DNA of 64,000 bases from Octopus bimaculoides (Eukaryota), in NCBI RefSeq assembly GCF_001194135.2, contig NC_068990.1, positions 72,906,220 to 72,970,219 of the forward strand. The letters are read 5' to 3'. Shown piece by piece: positions 13,507-25,230 of this stretch (within the stretch, counting starts at the first letter, position 1; the number at the start of each line of letters is the position of its first letter). Made by a program: the position numbers and the translations under genes. Under the pieces are notes generated by a model. It was not told the origin of the DNA, did not search any database, and was given only the letters and a program-made list of their open reading frames with translations.

Positions 13507-14719
13507 GTGAGCAAACCTGAGTTTATCACACTTAGTCTTGTACTTAACTTTCTTACATGAATCCTTTATGAGATTTGAATCCAATGTATAACCATGAAGG
13601 GTAAAATATCACGATAATCCTTAATATCTTTAGCTTTTATTTTCTTAGTACTTTTTTAAAGACTCAAATTTTCAAAATTTTCCACCAAAGCTATTGTGTA
13701 AAAAGGAGGAAAATCTGATCCCTCTTGCAATGGAATATTTAAGTGTCACACATCAAAGAAACATGACATGATTGCATTAACTTTAGTTTTCTCTTTTTTC
13801 ACTTGTTTTTTATAGATTCCTTGTAAGGAACTGACATGATCACAGCCACTTGTGGTGAACAAAAATAACTAAAAAATTCTTGTTAAAGTTGCATAATCAC
13901 AATGTTTCATCTTATTTTCATTTATTTATCCAACAGCCTTATTTCTCCAACAACTTTCTTTCTTGTAGTTTCAGAACTTTATGACTGCAATTCTTATCTA
14001 ATCTGCCTAAATATATTCTCCTTGAACCTCTTGTCTAACAAAATATTTCCAGATCACAAAATTTTGGCAAATCATTTTAGTTATGTCCTTTCTCATTCGT
14101 TCAACTGCATGTAATCATATCAGATAAGTTACAATGAATTTCTTTAAAATTTATTACTTGCTTATAAAAAATTAGCCTTTTCCAGCAACAAATTAGTGTT
14201 ACTCATAGATCATATAGGGCATTTAATTGTCTTCTGAAATCAACTTATATCTTGGGATGAGATGCTTGCTATAACCTAATATCCCTTGACTTTAAAATGC
14301 AATTCTCATTAAAGTTTTGATTTTCTTGCTGAAGCTAATATTTATTCAAAGAGGGAGTTCTTCAAAATTTCTTTGTTTGTTGAAAGCAAAAATCTTGGCT
14401 AGTAGGCAATGTCTTTTATAAGGTTTTCAAAAATATCTCTGCTGCGTTTTTTTTTCTCTAAAATACATGGTCTGTGAGTTTTCAGCCTAGCTATTTCTAA
14501 CCGAACTGTTATTGTATACTGGGAAAATAAGTCTATCATTTTTCCTAGTAGTGCATGGACAAAAGTTAACATTTATCTCCAGCATTCGACCATTTCTTTT
14601 CATTCCATCACTATTTTGAATGTGTTATTGTGGTTTTAGTCATCAACAAATGGAGCTAAAATAAATCACACAAATGGAAAGATTTGAGGAAAAAATAAAG
14701 GAAACAAAAGATCACATGA

Positions 14720-14723
<4 letters not shown>

Positions 14724-14752
<29 letters not shown>
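14724..14752. repeat. (GA)n microsatellite
   Basis: Direct read. Confidence 0.95.
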
Positions 14753-14755
<3 letters not shown>

Positions 14756-14756
14756 A

Positions 14757-14985
14757 AGCAACTCCCTTTCCAAAACCATCCTTCAGGGCATAGTTGAAGG
14801 AGGACGAAAGAGAGGCAGACAAAGAAAATCCTAGTTTCACAACATCAAGGACTGGACAGGTCACAAGACAGCAAGTCTGCTATGTATAACACAGTACAGG
14901 GTCCAGTGGTGATGGCTGACTATGAGAGTGTCTAGAGTGGCACCTTAACGACTGGCTGCATCAGTTAAGGGATCTTGATGATGAG
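14757..14985 (+). mobile_element. RTE-clade LINE 3' coding remnant
   Basis: Translates NSLSKTILQGIVEGGRKRGRQRKS*FHNIKDWTG, the typical RTE C-terminus (xxLQGxVEGxRxRGRxRxxWxxNIKxWTG). Confidence 0.85.
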
Positions 14986-15648
14986 GACAATATATATATA
15001 TATTATCCTCCATTTTCTAATTGTTACACAAATTTTGGGTAAAACCTCCACTTTTACCCGCTCCCATTGATTGCACCTAGTATAGCACTAGCGTAGCAAT
15101 AATTGGGTACCCTCCCAGCAGTATACTGGATAGATACTATCCCTTAGTGGGTTGTACCCCCAACCCCTAACTCTCTCACGTTATATATATATATACATAT
15201 ATAGTCAGACAAGTACATACATTTCATGTTACAACGTTATATATTTCAATGATATTTTTCAGTTGCATTATTCTGGTATAGGTTACTGGTGTAATTGTAA
15301 TCTCAAAATATTTCAAAAATCAAGCTGCTAGCAATAGCAACCAAATATCAATCAGGTTCAACAGAATATATGTTATCATCAAAACACTGAATGTGAAATT
15401 CAAACTTTTAAACATTGAATTAAGCACATGTCATTCAAAACATGTTTCAATTTGTGCAATTCTATCCAGCTATCTGTCTATTTATCAATCCGTTTATATA
15501 TTTATCTTCATACCAACCTGCCTATTCATCTAACTATGTATCAATTTACCTATCTATATATCGCTACCTCACTATCAACCTCTGGGATAACTCTCAACAA
15601 GATGATCATAAGTCGAATACCTATCGTCATCATATTTCTGTTAAACAG

Positions 15649-15671
15649 GGCCACGCGTTCACATCAAAACA
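15649..15671 (+). CDS. candidate 23-nt exon (ATRSHQN) of an unidentified plus-strand gene
   Basis: TTTCTGTTAAACAG acceptor, ACA|GTGAGT donor, CpG-containing; only the phase 2-to-1 frame joins 17380 without a stop. Confidence 0.4.
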
Positions 15672-15817
15672 GTGAGTGCCATATACAAAGACACTCACAA
15701 ACATTGATTTAAACATGTCTACCAATCAGGACAAAATGGTTTGAAGGGTTTTCGTCAAATATTTGTTTGATCAGGGTTCGTCAGGAGTTAAGCAATAACG
15801 ACAACAATCATGTATAT

Positions 15818-15850
<33 letters not shown>

Positions 15851-16060
15851 TATCACTATCTGAATACAACAATTACATGAAGCTGCTTTGATTTTGAAGA
15901 CTAATGGAATATAAAAAATATCCCTTACTTGAGAAACAGGCAAGGGTTAGTGATATGAAGGGCATCTAGCCATAAGGTGCTGTGTCAAATGACTCTCCAT
16001 CCAAACCCATCCCTAGCATGGACCAATAGACATTAAACAAATGTAAATAGCAATTGTGTG

Positions 16061-16120
<60 letters not shown>

Positions 16121-16292
16121 AGCACACACATACATACAAATATGTTTTCATATATTTTCATGTGTATTTTACACATGGTGCATAAAGAATATATTCCCAT
16201 ATGTCTAAAAATTGCAGCCAACCCACAAACTAACAACACACATACCTTGTGTATGTGCGTTCGTGTGTTCAGTCTTGTTCATATACATAGGG

Positions 16293-16639
16293 ACAGGTAT
16301 GGTTGTGTGGTAAAAAGCTTGCTTCAAACGACATAGTTCTGGGTTCAGTCCCACTGCATGGTATCTTGGGTAAGTGTCTTCTACCATAGCCTCAGGCTGA
16401 CCAAAGCCTTGTGAGTGAATTTGGTAAATGGAAACTGAAAGAAGCCCATCGTATATGTGTGTGTGTGTGTGTATGTGTGTGTGTATGTATGTATGTATGT
16501 ATGTATATGTGTGTATGTGTCTTTGTGTCTGTGTTCGTCTCCCCCACCATTGTTTGATAACCATCCCTGTAACTAAGCAGTTCAGCAAAAGAAACAAATA
16601 GAATAAATAGCAGGCTTATAAAAAGTACTAGGGTTGATA
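16293..16639 (+). mobile_element. family B SINE running into a gap
   Basis: GGTATGGTTGTGTGGTAAAAAGCTTGCTT head, CTTGGGTAAGTGTCTTCT block, internal (GT/ATGT)n. Confidence 0.85.
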
Positions 16640-17379
16640 NNNNNNNNNNNNNNNNNNNNNNNNNNNNNNNNNNNNNNNNNNNNNNNNNNNNNNNNNNNNN
16701 NNNNNNNNNNNNNNNNNNNNNNNNNNNNNNNNNNNNNNNNNNNNNNNNNNNNNNNNNNNNNNNNNNNNNNNNNNNNNNNNNNNNNNNNNNNNNNNNNNNN
16801 NNNNNNNNNNNNNNNNNNNNNNNNNNNNNNNNNNNNNNNNNNNNNNNNNNNNNNNNNNNNNNNNNNNNNNNNNNNNNNNNNNNNNNNNNNNNNNNNNNNN
16901 NNNNNNNNNNNNNNNNNNNNNNNNNNNNNNGTACAACACGGCAGAAGTTGGTGAGAAAAAACAAAAAATCAAATGAAAGTTTCTTGTAAACATTGGTAAA
17001 GAGAAGTTTGCATCTTTTGCGATAAATCTTTACAAATAAAAGCCTTTTACATCCTGGGAGACAATCAATCCCCATTAAAAGAAACTTTATATTTTTTTTC
17101 TTCTGTAACTCCTATAATGGATTCGTTTTAATCAATTTCATTTTAACAGAAAGCAACTTTATATGGAGAAGAAAAATCAAATATAAACGTAACCAAAGTT
17201 TTCAAAAACAAAGAAAAAATATTCATCAGATGTGTATATCAATATGAACAGGAATGGTGCACTGTAGAAGTTGGATTTAGCTGCGCAATTTGGTTTATGC
17301 TCAAAGTGAAGCACATATAAATCATTGTTGCCAACAGCAGTAGCACTGCATAACTGTTGAGTGTTTTGTTGTCTTCTAG

Positions 17380-17473
17380 TACTAAGTTCAAATGTTCTGC
17401 TCAGTATATACCTTGATGAGAATTGTACTCTCATTGGATTTTTTGCACTAGACACATTCTATAATGATCACAG
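17380..17473 (+). CDS. exon of an unidentified plus-strand gene (LSSNVLLSIYLDENCTLIGFFALDTFYNDH)
   Basis: TTTTGTTGTCTTCTAG acceptor, CAG|GTAAGT consensus donor, 94 nt, a single open frame ending in phase 2. Confidence 0.55.
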
Positions 17474-17690
17474 GTAAGTTTGTCATAATCAATGCAATGC
17501 AGGACAGTTCACCCCTATGAATTCATCAGGAAGAAAGTTCACTGCAAGGAAAGTTTTACCAAGAAAATATATCCATTGTATCTCACCATTAATAGTTAAA
17601 AACTATTTTGTTGAAAAAAAACAAAAAAAAACGAAATTAATGGAGATCAAAACATGCAACCAAGAGTTTTACTGTTAACTTTCTTGGCAG

Positions 17691-17753
17691 TGAATTGATG
17701 ATTGTGAACTTATCAGTTATGTACTATAATGATGTTTGCACTCCAATTGCCAG
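17691..17753 (+). CDS. exon of the same gene (SELMIVNLSVMYYNDVCTPIA)
   Basis: TTTCTTGGCAG acceptor, CAG|GTGAGA donor, 63 nt, phase 2-2, joins 17473 in frame across a 217-nt intron. Confidence 0.55.
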
Positions 17754-18514
17754 GTGAGACTTCAGAAACCTCCTCATATAACAATAATGTTAGGGATCCA
17801 CTTAGCATACCATATTTAATACAAAAATATGTGTTGGTGTTTGGATTAAAAATGTTGTTGTTTTTGTTGTTTAGCTCCACATTAACTCAGGCTGAGCAGA
17901 CCTACGGTCAAAGCTGATTTAGGTACTCCCATACTCCCACCCCATCCCTGCCAGCCAGATTATGTATCTAGGACCACACATTTATCTAATATGTCCTTTT
18001 TAAAAGATAATGCAATTTGAGGGAAGTCCCACTGTGCTACTTCTAGCAGATCGAATAACCACATAGAAGCTCCCTGATTGACTCGTCAATGTATATGGAG
18101 ATAGTTTACCGATGATCCAATTTCTGTTTTGAAGAAATTGATAATAGTATAATTAAATAATTGATAAGTTTTGCATCATTTTGAAATGGTTCAGTGGATA
18201 ATGTATTAAACTACCAGCTTCTGGTCACTGTTTGCATTTCGCTATGCCTCTCAGCAGAATACATAAATCTACATGTCATAGTTCCCTAAGCTATAGAGGA
18301 TAGGCATGTGACCTTCTGAGAATGTTACCTGGTATGCTAACTGGGATTAAATTCATCTCTCGAGTGCAGTAAGCTACAGAATCCAGAAACAAGAATTTTG
18401 AGCCCTTATGGTTCATGGAAACGGTTATAATAATTTTTATATTCGCAGATTATTTTAATTTTATGATTAATTTGCTTATTAAATTAAGAAGGACTGTGTC
18501 TTTGCCATTTAGAC

Positions 18515-18815
18515 CAAGGGTCTATAAACACCAGGCTATGGACCAGTACCAGGCTGAGGACCATTTGGTACCAGATCACACAGAAAAAATAAATTTTAAA
18601 ATTCTATTCCTATTTTATTGACTTTTGCAGTCTGCAAAGAATTTTTGCATTATATATGCATTATATATGTAATATATATGTACAATTATATATGTAATAA
18701 TGAAATTATATATTATGCACTTTATTGTGTTTTGTTATGTGAGTGATCCCGGTCTTTGGAGAAATTGTTTTGCATGAGAGCAGTCCATGCTGCAAAGAAA
18801 TGTTGGGAATGGCTG
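18515..18815. mobile_element. hAT-like MITE
   Basis: 8-bp TSD ATTTAGAC (18507-18514) / AGTTAGAC (18816-18823); termini CAAGGGTCTATAAAC and GTTGGGAATGGCTG resemble CAGGGGTCCCCAAAC-type hAT TIRs. Confidence 0.65.
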
Positions 18816-18840
18816 AGTTAGACTAAACTGAGGATCCGCA

Positions 18841-18872
<32 letters not shown>

Positions 18873-19014
18873 CAAAACAATCACATAGTTTAAATATTAC
18901 TTAGATTTCTCACCAGTAATGGGTTTGTTTTATCTAACTGGTTAAAGTTTGATGTTAAATCAGAGATATTCTTAAAGCATTTGATTTAAAAAATTTTCTA
19001 TAACGTGAAGCATA

Positions 19015-19580
19015 GGTGCAGGCATGGCTATGTGGTTGAGAAGCTTGCTTCCTGACATTGTGGCCTTGGGTTCAGTGGCACTGCAAGAAACCTTGGGCAA
19101 GTATCTTCTGGTAGAGCCTCCAACCTGACCAAAGCCTCGTCACTAGATTTTGTGGACAGAAACTCAAAGAAACTTGTCATATATATCAATGCACCTCCTG
19201 TCTGCTTTCCATGCTGGCATGGGTTAGACGGTTCGACAGGAGCTGGCTGGGCAGAAGGATGCACCAAGCGTCAGTGTCTGTATCAGATATAAAAACTATG
19301 CCAAAGCAAACACTGAAACTCAGTGCAGGCTCCTGCCCAGCCAGCTCCTGTCAAACTGTCCAACCCATGCCAGCATGGAAAGCAGATGTTAAATAATGAT
19401 GATGATGATGATATATATATATATATATATATTAGTGGTTCAGCAAGAGGCCGAGGGAATAAGTACCAGGCTTAAAAATATAAGCACTGGATTTGTTCAA
19501 TTTGTTCAACTAAACCCTTCAAATGTGGTGCCCCAGCATGGCCACAGTCAAATAACTGAAACAAGTAGAAGAAATGAAAA
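19015..19580 (+). mobile_element. family B SINE interrupted by an inverted pair of family C tails
   Basis: Head at 19015-19160, inverted tails at 19201-19386, 3' half of the SINE at 19432-19580. Confidence 0.8.
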
Positions 19581-19949
19581 AAGATTAACCATAACAGGAG
19601 CAAAGTAAATGAATTTGTCTGATTACTGAAAAAAGTAATTAAAAAAAAAAACAATTAAAATGTTCTTGGAAACATCTTATCTAATTTGGTTTCTAAACTA
19701 CAATGAAAAATAATTTTCAGTCATTTTAAAAGCACCAAGTGACTCATTACATGTGTCAAAGTCTCTATCTGTTAGTTGTATATATTTACCTAACTGTTCC
19801 AATGGCATGAGCAGACTAACAAAAAGAAAAAGAAAGAAAAAGAAAGAAATACCTTTCACATGTATTCTCAAATGATACCTTGCTTTCTAACTTTTCTGAT
19901 CTGAAAACAAAGCAACAGTTATATTTTGGTTGTATTACTCTAACACATG

Positions 19950-20262
19950 GCTCAGTAGTTAGAGGTCACAATCAAGAGGTAGTATGTTCAAATCCCGGAC
20001 CAAGCTGTGTGTTGTGTTCTTGAGCAAGACACTTTATTTCATGTTGCTCCAGTTCACACTGTTGTAGAAATGAGTTGCAGCATCACTGGTGCCAAGCTGT
20101 ATTGGCCATTGCCTTTTCCTTAGATAACATTGGTGACATGGAGAGGGGGGGGCTGTTCTTCCATAAACAACCTTGCCAGGGCTTGTGCCTCAGCGGAGAA
20201 TTTTCTAGGTGGAATCCCATGGTCATTCATGACCAAAAGGGGTCTTCACCCTTTACCCTTTA
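19950..20262 (+). mobile_element. tRNA-headed SINE with GTGTTCTTGAGCAAGACACTT (V/CORE-like) block and a distinct 3' half
   Basis: TGGCTCAGTAGTT A-box-like and GTTCAAATCCC B-box-like motifs, then the central block shared with 49663-49960 and 56130-56365. Confidence 0.7.
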
Positions 20263-20409
20263 TTCTAACCCAGCTCTTTTCTTGAACTGTGCAAATATAA
20301 ATCCATTAACCTTCTACACCGAAGAGAGACACCCTTTTTTGTATTTCTGAAACTGCTCACCTACATATATAAAATGTTATAATTTAATATACACACAAAA
20401 AAAAAGAAA

Positions 20410-20622
20410 AAGATGGCAAACTGACAGAATCATTAGCATGTCAGACAAAATACTGCATTTTGTCCATCTTTCCGTTGTAAGTGTAAATTCTACCATAGTC
20501 GACTTTGCTTTCATCCTTTTGAAGTTCATAAAAAAAAAGTACCAGTTGAATGCTGGGGGTCAATGTAATTGACTCACCCACTCAATCAAAATGGCTGGCC
20601 TTGTGCCAAAATTTGAAATCAA
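20410..20622 (+). mobile_element. family A SINE
   Basis: GATGGCAAACTGACAGAATCATTAGC head, GTCGACTTTGCTTTCATCC domain, GCCTTGTGCCAAAATTTGAA tail. Confidence 0.85.
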
Positions 20623-21620
20623 TATACACACAAAAATATTGCTTTGACTTGCTGCATACAAGTTGAATTTTTCACACCAAAACTTACAGTCAAAAATGTA
20701 GGTTAACTTATACACAAAGATGGCATTTGCAAACTGAAAACTCCATGTAAAATGCAACAGGATTTGGAAAGACAACATTCAAATGTTTACACTACAAGTT
20801 AACAGTATACACAATGTCAAATTGTATGCAGGAAAATACAGTATTTATTTGACCGTAGAAATCTGGGGAAACAAAATATTTTCCATCTTTTCCATTTGCT
20901 TTTTCCCTACAAAAAAGAGTAAAAGAACCACACCAGAAAATGCTCATATATTTCTCACTAACTATTTAGCTAATTAAACTGAATCAAATGGCTTACATAG
21001 TGTCACATAACAAAACACGTTAATCTATGAGATACAATCAAAGAAGCCTGAAACTTAATCACATATCGACCATAATTTTACTTCAGACTTAAATTTGAAA
21101 AGAAACTTATCGATGCCAAATATTGAGCATATTAGTCTCTGCTAAAATATAAATATACCATAGATATATACATAGAGACACATACTTACATGTGTGTGTG
21201 TGTGTGTGTGTGCATATATATATATATATANNNNNNNNNNNNNNNNNNNNNNNNNNNNNNNNNNNNNNNNNNNNNNNNNNNNNNNNNNNNNNNNNNNNNN
21301 NNNNNNNNNNNNNNNNNNNNNNNNNNNNNNNNNNNNNNNNNNNNNNNNNNNNNNNNNNNNNNNNNNNNNNNNNNNATATATATATTTGTATGTATGTATG
21401 TGCCTACATATATAACTTTATAATATATTTATATTTTAGCAGAGACCTTCTAATCTGCTAAACATTTGACACACATGTATATGTGTATGTGTGCGTGTTT
21501 TTGTGGGTGTGCTTGTGTGTGTGTTTGTGTGTGCGTGCGTGTTTGTGTGTGTGTGTTTGTGTGCATGTTTGTGTGTGTATGTGAGCACATATACATACAG
21601 ATATACAACACATATATGAG

Positions 21621-21664
<44 letters not shown>

Positions 21665-22699
21665 CCTCCACCACCTTCCAGCCTCTTAAATAAAACAGCA
21701 GTATTTTGCTCTGTTTGCAAAAGTGTTTTATTTGAAATGATTTTGACATAGTTAGAAGGAACAACTTTTAGTTGACCTCGCTTTAACAATAGCAAAGTAA
21801 TATTAATACTGACAACTTTCAGATATGAAAACATCAAAAGTCAAAGGCTTTTGTCACTTTCTTTGCTATGATAGCATTGGTAGATGATAACCTTTAGCTC
21901 TATTATAAAATGTATGAATAATAATGGAAATATTTTTTTAAAGTTATATTTCGAGGGAAGGGATGTGTCCATAACTGCCCCCACCGCTATAAGATAAAGA
22001 ATAAAAGATATATCAATTTCATTTACAATACAGATTATCATAAACCTTTTCATGACTACCTTTCCATGCTATTGTGGGTTGAATACACAAGCAAAACTGC
22101 TGAGTGAATATGATATTGGATAACCACCCACCTGCTCAAGCATTGTGAGTTCAAGCCTGATGCAGGTGTTTTGCTGTTTCTAAGAAGAATACTCTTCTTT
22201 TACATGCTTCACTTCATCTGGCAGTTGACTATAGGTGCCAGACCTTATGGTAACATTCTGTGGATTCATATTTACAAGAAGGCAAAAGAGAAACCCAATC
22301 CAAAATATCGTTCACAAAGAGTTCTGATTTGCACGGTGGTCACAAGCTTGCTTATATTAACCCTTTAAATGCGGAAAGCAGATATATCTGCCCAAAATTT
22401 AAGTATCTTTGACTGTGGAAAGTGGTTTTACCCAATGGCTTTGAAACAAGCTTCTCCTTAGGCAGTGAGAAGGAGAGATATCCCCAGGGATACTCTTTAC
22501 AAGAGACAATCTTTCAAATTTTCTATAATTTTTTTTTACATATTTCATCACATAACACTTTACAGAGCAAGAATCAAATACTTTTAGTGGTGAAAACCAG
22601 AGCAATAGAAGACACTGGAAAAGTATCACAGAAGCAGAAAATATCAAATATATTTTTGTACAGATAATTAGCATCATTACAGAAATTCTTTTATTCTTT

Positions 22700-22930
22700 T
22701 ACTTGTTTTAGTCATTTTGACTGTGGTCATGCTGGAGCACTGCCTTAAAGGAGTTTTAGTTGAAGCAATTTACCCCAGGACTTATTCTTTGTAAGCCTAG
22801 TATTTATTCTATTGGTTTCTTTTGCTGAACTGCTAGGTTACAGGACGTACACACATCAACATCAGTTGTCAAGCAAGGATGGAGGGGAATAAACACACAC
22901 ACAAAGAGACGCACACATAAATACACACAC
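22700..22930 (-). mobile_element. family B SINE 3' half
   Basis: TTTTACTTGTTTTAGTCATT...GCTGGAGCACTGCC matches the reverse of the family B tail. Confidence 0.8.
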
Positions 22931-23206
22931 ACACACACACACATATATACACACACCTAGAACCAAGCTAATAGCTAAGGAGTGAAATTTAGGATTTCTC
23001 AGTTTTCTGTGAATCAATTTTGATAAAACATTTCCCAGCTGGTTTGCTCGTTATGGCAACATCATTGTCATGTTTTTATTATTCTGTGTAATGTCCTTTC
23101 TTTTTTATTTCAGATTCTTCAGTTTTTGGGTGTATCATGCTAACAGCTTTTGAATGAAAATAGCCCATCTAGACATGTTTTTTTTTTTTCATAAAATGAA
23201 GGATAA

Positions 23207-23600
23207 TGCTGGTGGCATGTAAAAGGCACCATTTGAGTGTAATCATTGCCAGTGCCGCCTGACTAGCCCGTGCCGGTAGCACGTAAATAACACCATTCGA
23301 GTGTGGCTGTTGCCAGTGCTGCCTGACTGGCTCCCATGCTGGAGGCATGTAAAAAGCACCATTTCAGTATGGTTGATGCCAGTACCACCTGACTGGCCCT
23401 CATACCAGTGGCATGTAAAAAGCACCCACTAGACTCTCGGAGTGGTTGGCGTTAGGAAGGGCATCCAGCTGTAGAAACTTTGCCAGATCAGATTGGAGCC
23501 TGGTGCAGCCTTCTTCCTCGTCAGCCCTCAGTCAAACCGTCTAACCAATGCTAGCATGGAAACTGGACGGTAAATGACAATGATGATGATGATGATGATG
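23207..23600 (+). mobile_element. family C element with an internal 64-66 bp tandem array (about 3.5 units)
   Basis: Units start at 23211, 23275, 23341 and 23407 (GGTGGCATGTAAAAAGCACC-like), followed by GTTAGGAAGGGCATCCAGC, GCATGGAA and a (GAT)n tail. Confidence 0.85.
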
Positions 23601-23992
23601 AGATGTCTTATCGGCAACCATGAAAGCTGCAGCAGAGGCAATCCAACCTGCTTCTATTAGGCAACTGGCAGATTCCATGACTAATAAGGATTTGAAGTTA
23701 TCCGTCGAAATGGTGCTCATATGTCTACATAATTCATTATGTCAATAAAAAATGTTATAATATTATTATGGTTTTCTGTTAAATATATACTCAATATATG
23801 CTTAATATGTATCATTACCCTTCATTTTCTGGAAAAAATGTCTAGACGGACAATTTTCATTCAAAAGTTATTAGTGTGGTTCACCCAAAAACTGAAGAAT
23901 TTGAAATAATATAAAAAAGGAACATTACACAGAATAATGAAAACATAACAATAGTGTTGCCATAGACTATATTGCAGACTGCTTCAATTTAA

Positions 23993-24214
23993 CCCTTTTG
24001 TTACCACATTTGTGCTGAAATATATTGCTTTTGTTTCAATTAATTTTTTAAATTATCAAGTATTTAGTAAAATAACTTTCTGATAATTAAGCTGGTGTCT
24101 GGAACAAATTAACATGAAATTTTGGTGAAAGAATTCTCATTTAGATCACTTTAAATCAGTATTGTTTGTATCCTAGAACCCAGAGACAGTCTCAGGCAGT
24201 TCTGTATTAAAGGG
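23993..24214. mobile_element. piggyBac-like MITE
   Basis: TTAA|CCCTTTTGTTACC...AAAGGG termini; body colinear with the second copy at 62756-62953. Confidence 0.7.
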
Positions 24215-24634
24215 ATTGATATAATTCTGTCTGTGAGGTTAAAACATTCCCTAGCCAGGTGTTATATCACTATTTCATAACCACCAGCTACATCTGACAG
24301 TGTGGTTCTATGGAGGTGTAGATCTAGAGGGCACTTTCACAGGATAAAGTTCATTGTTGAAAGACGGAGAGAAAATCTTGGAAATGGCTTCAATGAATAC
24401 AACAAAATTTCTGGAATATTTTTGAGATTATTTTAAAAATCTTCACGTAAGATGTTTGTTTAGATATCCAACAAAAGTAGGTTTTATAAGAGTTGAATAA
24501 TATACTTTATCAAAATTCTAAGTCCCTGTAAAGAGAAAGCATGCTATTTTTAGAATGGTGCTTTAAGAATGCAGGCCATTTGTACTAAAGAGTTACGGCT
24601 TCATCTCCATTTATTTATTTATTTGTTTATTAAA

Positions 24635-24898
24635 TTAAATTCCATCCTTATCACTAAAAAACAAGTCTCTTCCTAGGCAAGATAGGAATTTGTTATTTTC
24701 CCATAACACTGGAGATATTAATACAGAGATGGCATTGGCATCCATCCACGAAGGAAGACAATTGGCTGAATAACAACTGAATTGGAATGGTTTGGTGAAT
24801 AATGCAGCAAGTTGAGCAGCAATAGATATGAGTACACTTCTTTTGGGTACATTATCTGGCCTGTTCAAAGTTTCAAGTGCAACCAGTCTTTTGGATCT
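24635..24898 (-). CDS. candidate terminal exon (RSKRLVALETLNRPDNVPKRSVLISIAAQLAALFTKP...DLFFSDKDGI*)
   Basis: 87 open codons after a pyrimidine-rich TAAG acceptor, AATAAA just downstream of the stop, in-register plus frame full of stops; phase does not match the neighbouring 25152 candidate. Confidence 0.25.
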   Translation of the reverse strand, partial: RSKRLVALETLNRPDNVPKRSVLISIAAQLAALFTKPFQFSCYSANCLPSWMDANAISVLISPVLWENNKFLSCLGRDLFFSDKDGI

Positions 24899-25151
24899 CT
24901 TAGTGAAACAAGTGATGAAGGACAACAATTACTATTAGCATGTGTAGAGTGAGGTGCAAAAGCAGGGGTGAATGTATCGACTTTGGCAGCAATTGTAAAT
25001 TATGTTTAACTGGGAGTGACGATTATTGGAAACAAAGTGCAATATTCAGTTAAAATGCACTTAGAAAGCATTGGTGCTGTTCAGAAGTAATACAGGGTTT
25101 CTTGACATTTTGAGGATGGATGTGTTGTATTTAAGGTGAGTGGTTACATAC

Positions 25152-25230
25152 CTTGATCAAGATGGTATTTACAAGATGTACGATCCCTGCCTTGGAATGT
25201 AATAACAGATTTCTTCACATTGGATTTAAC
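25152..25230 (-). CDS. candidate exon (VKSNVKKSVITFQGRDRTSCKYHLDQ)
   Basis: TACAG acceptor, CAAG|GTATGT donor, 79 nt, only one open frame. Confidence 0.25.

Noticed and set aside
17177-17455. 92-aa minus-strand ORF
   Set aside because: No convincing donor; it overlaps a plus-strand exon that has consensus splice sites and an in-frame partner.
19790-19905. Minus-strand 22-48 nt exon-like units
   Set aside because: Mutually incompatible (the implied intron is about 35 nt) and no partner exons; likely chance matches in T/A-rich DNA.
20995-21055. Minus-strand segment with good acceptor and donor
   Set aside because: All three frames contain stops.
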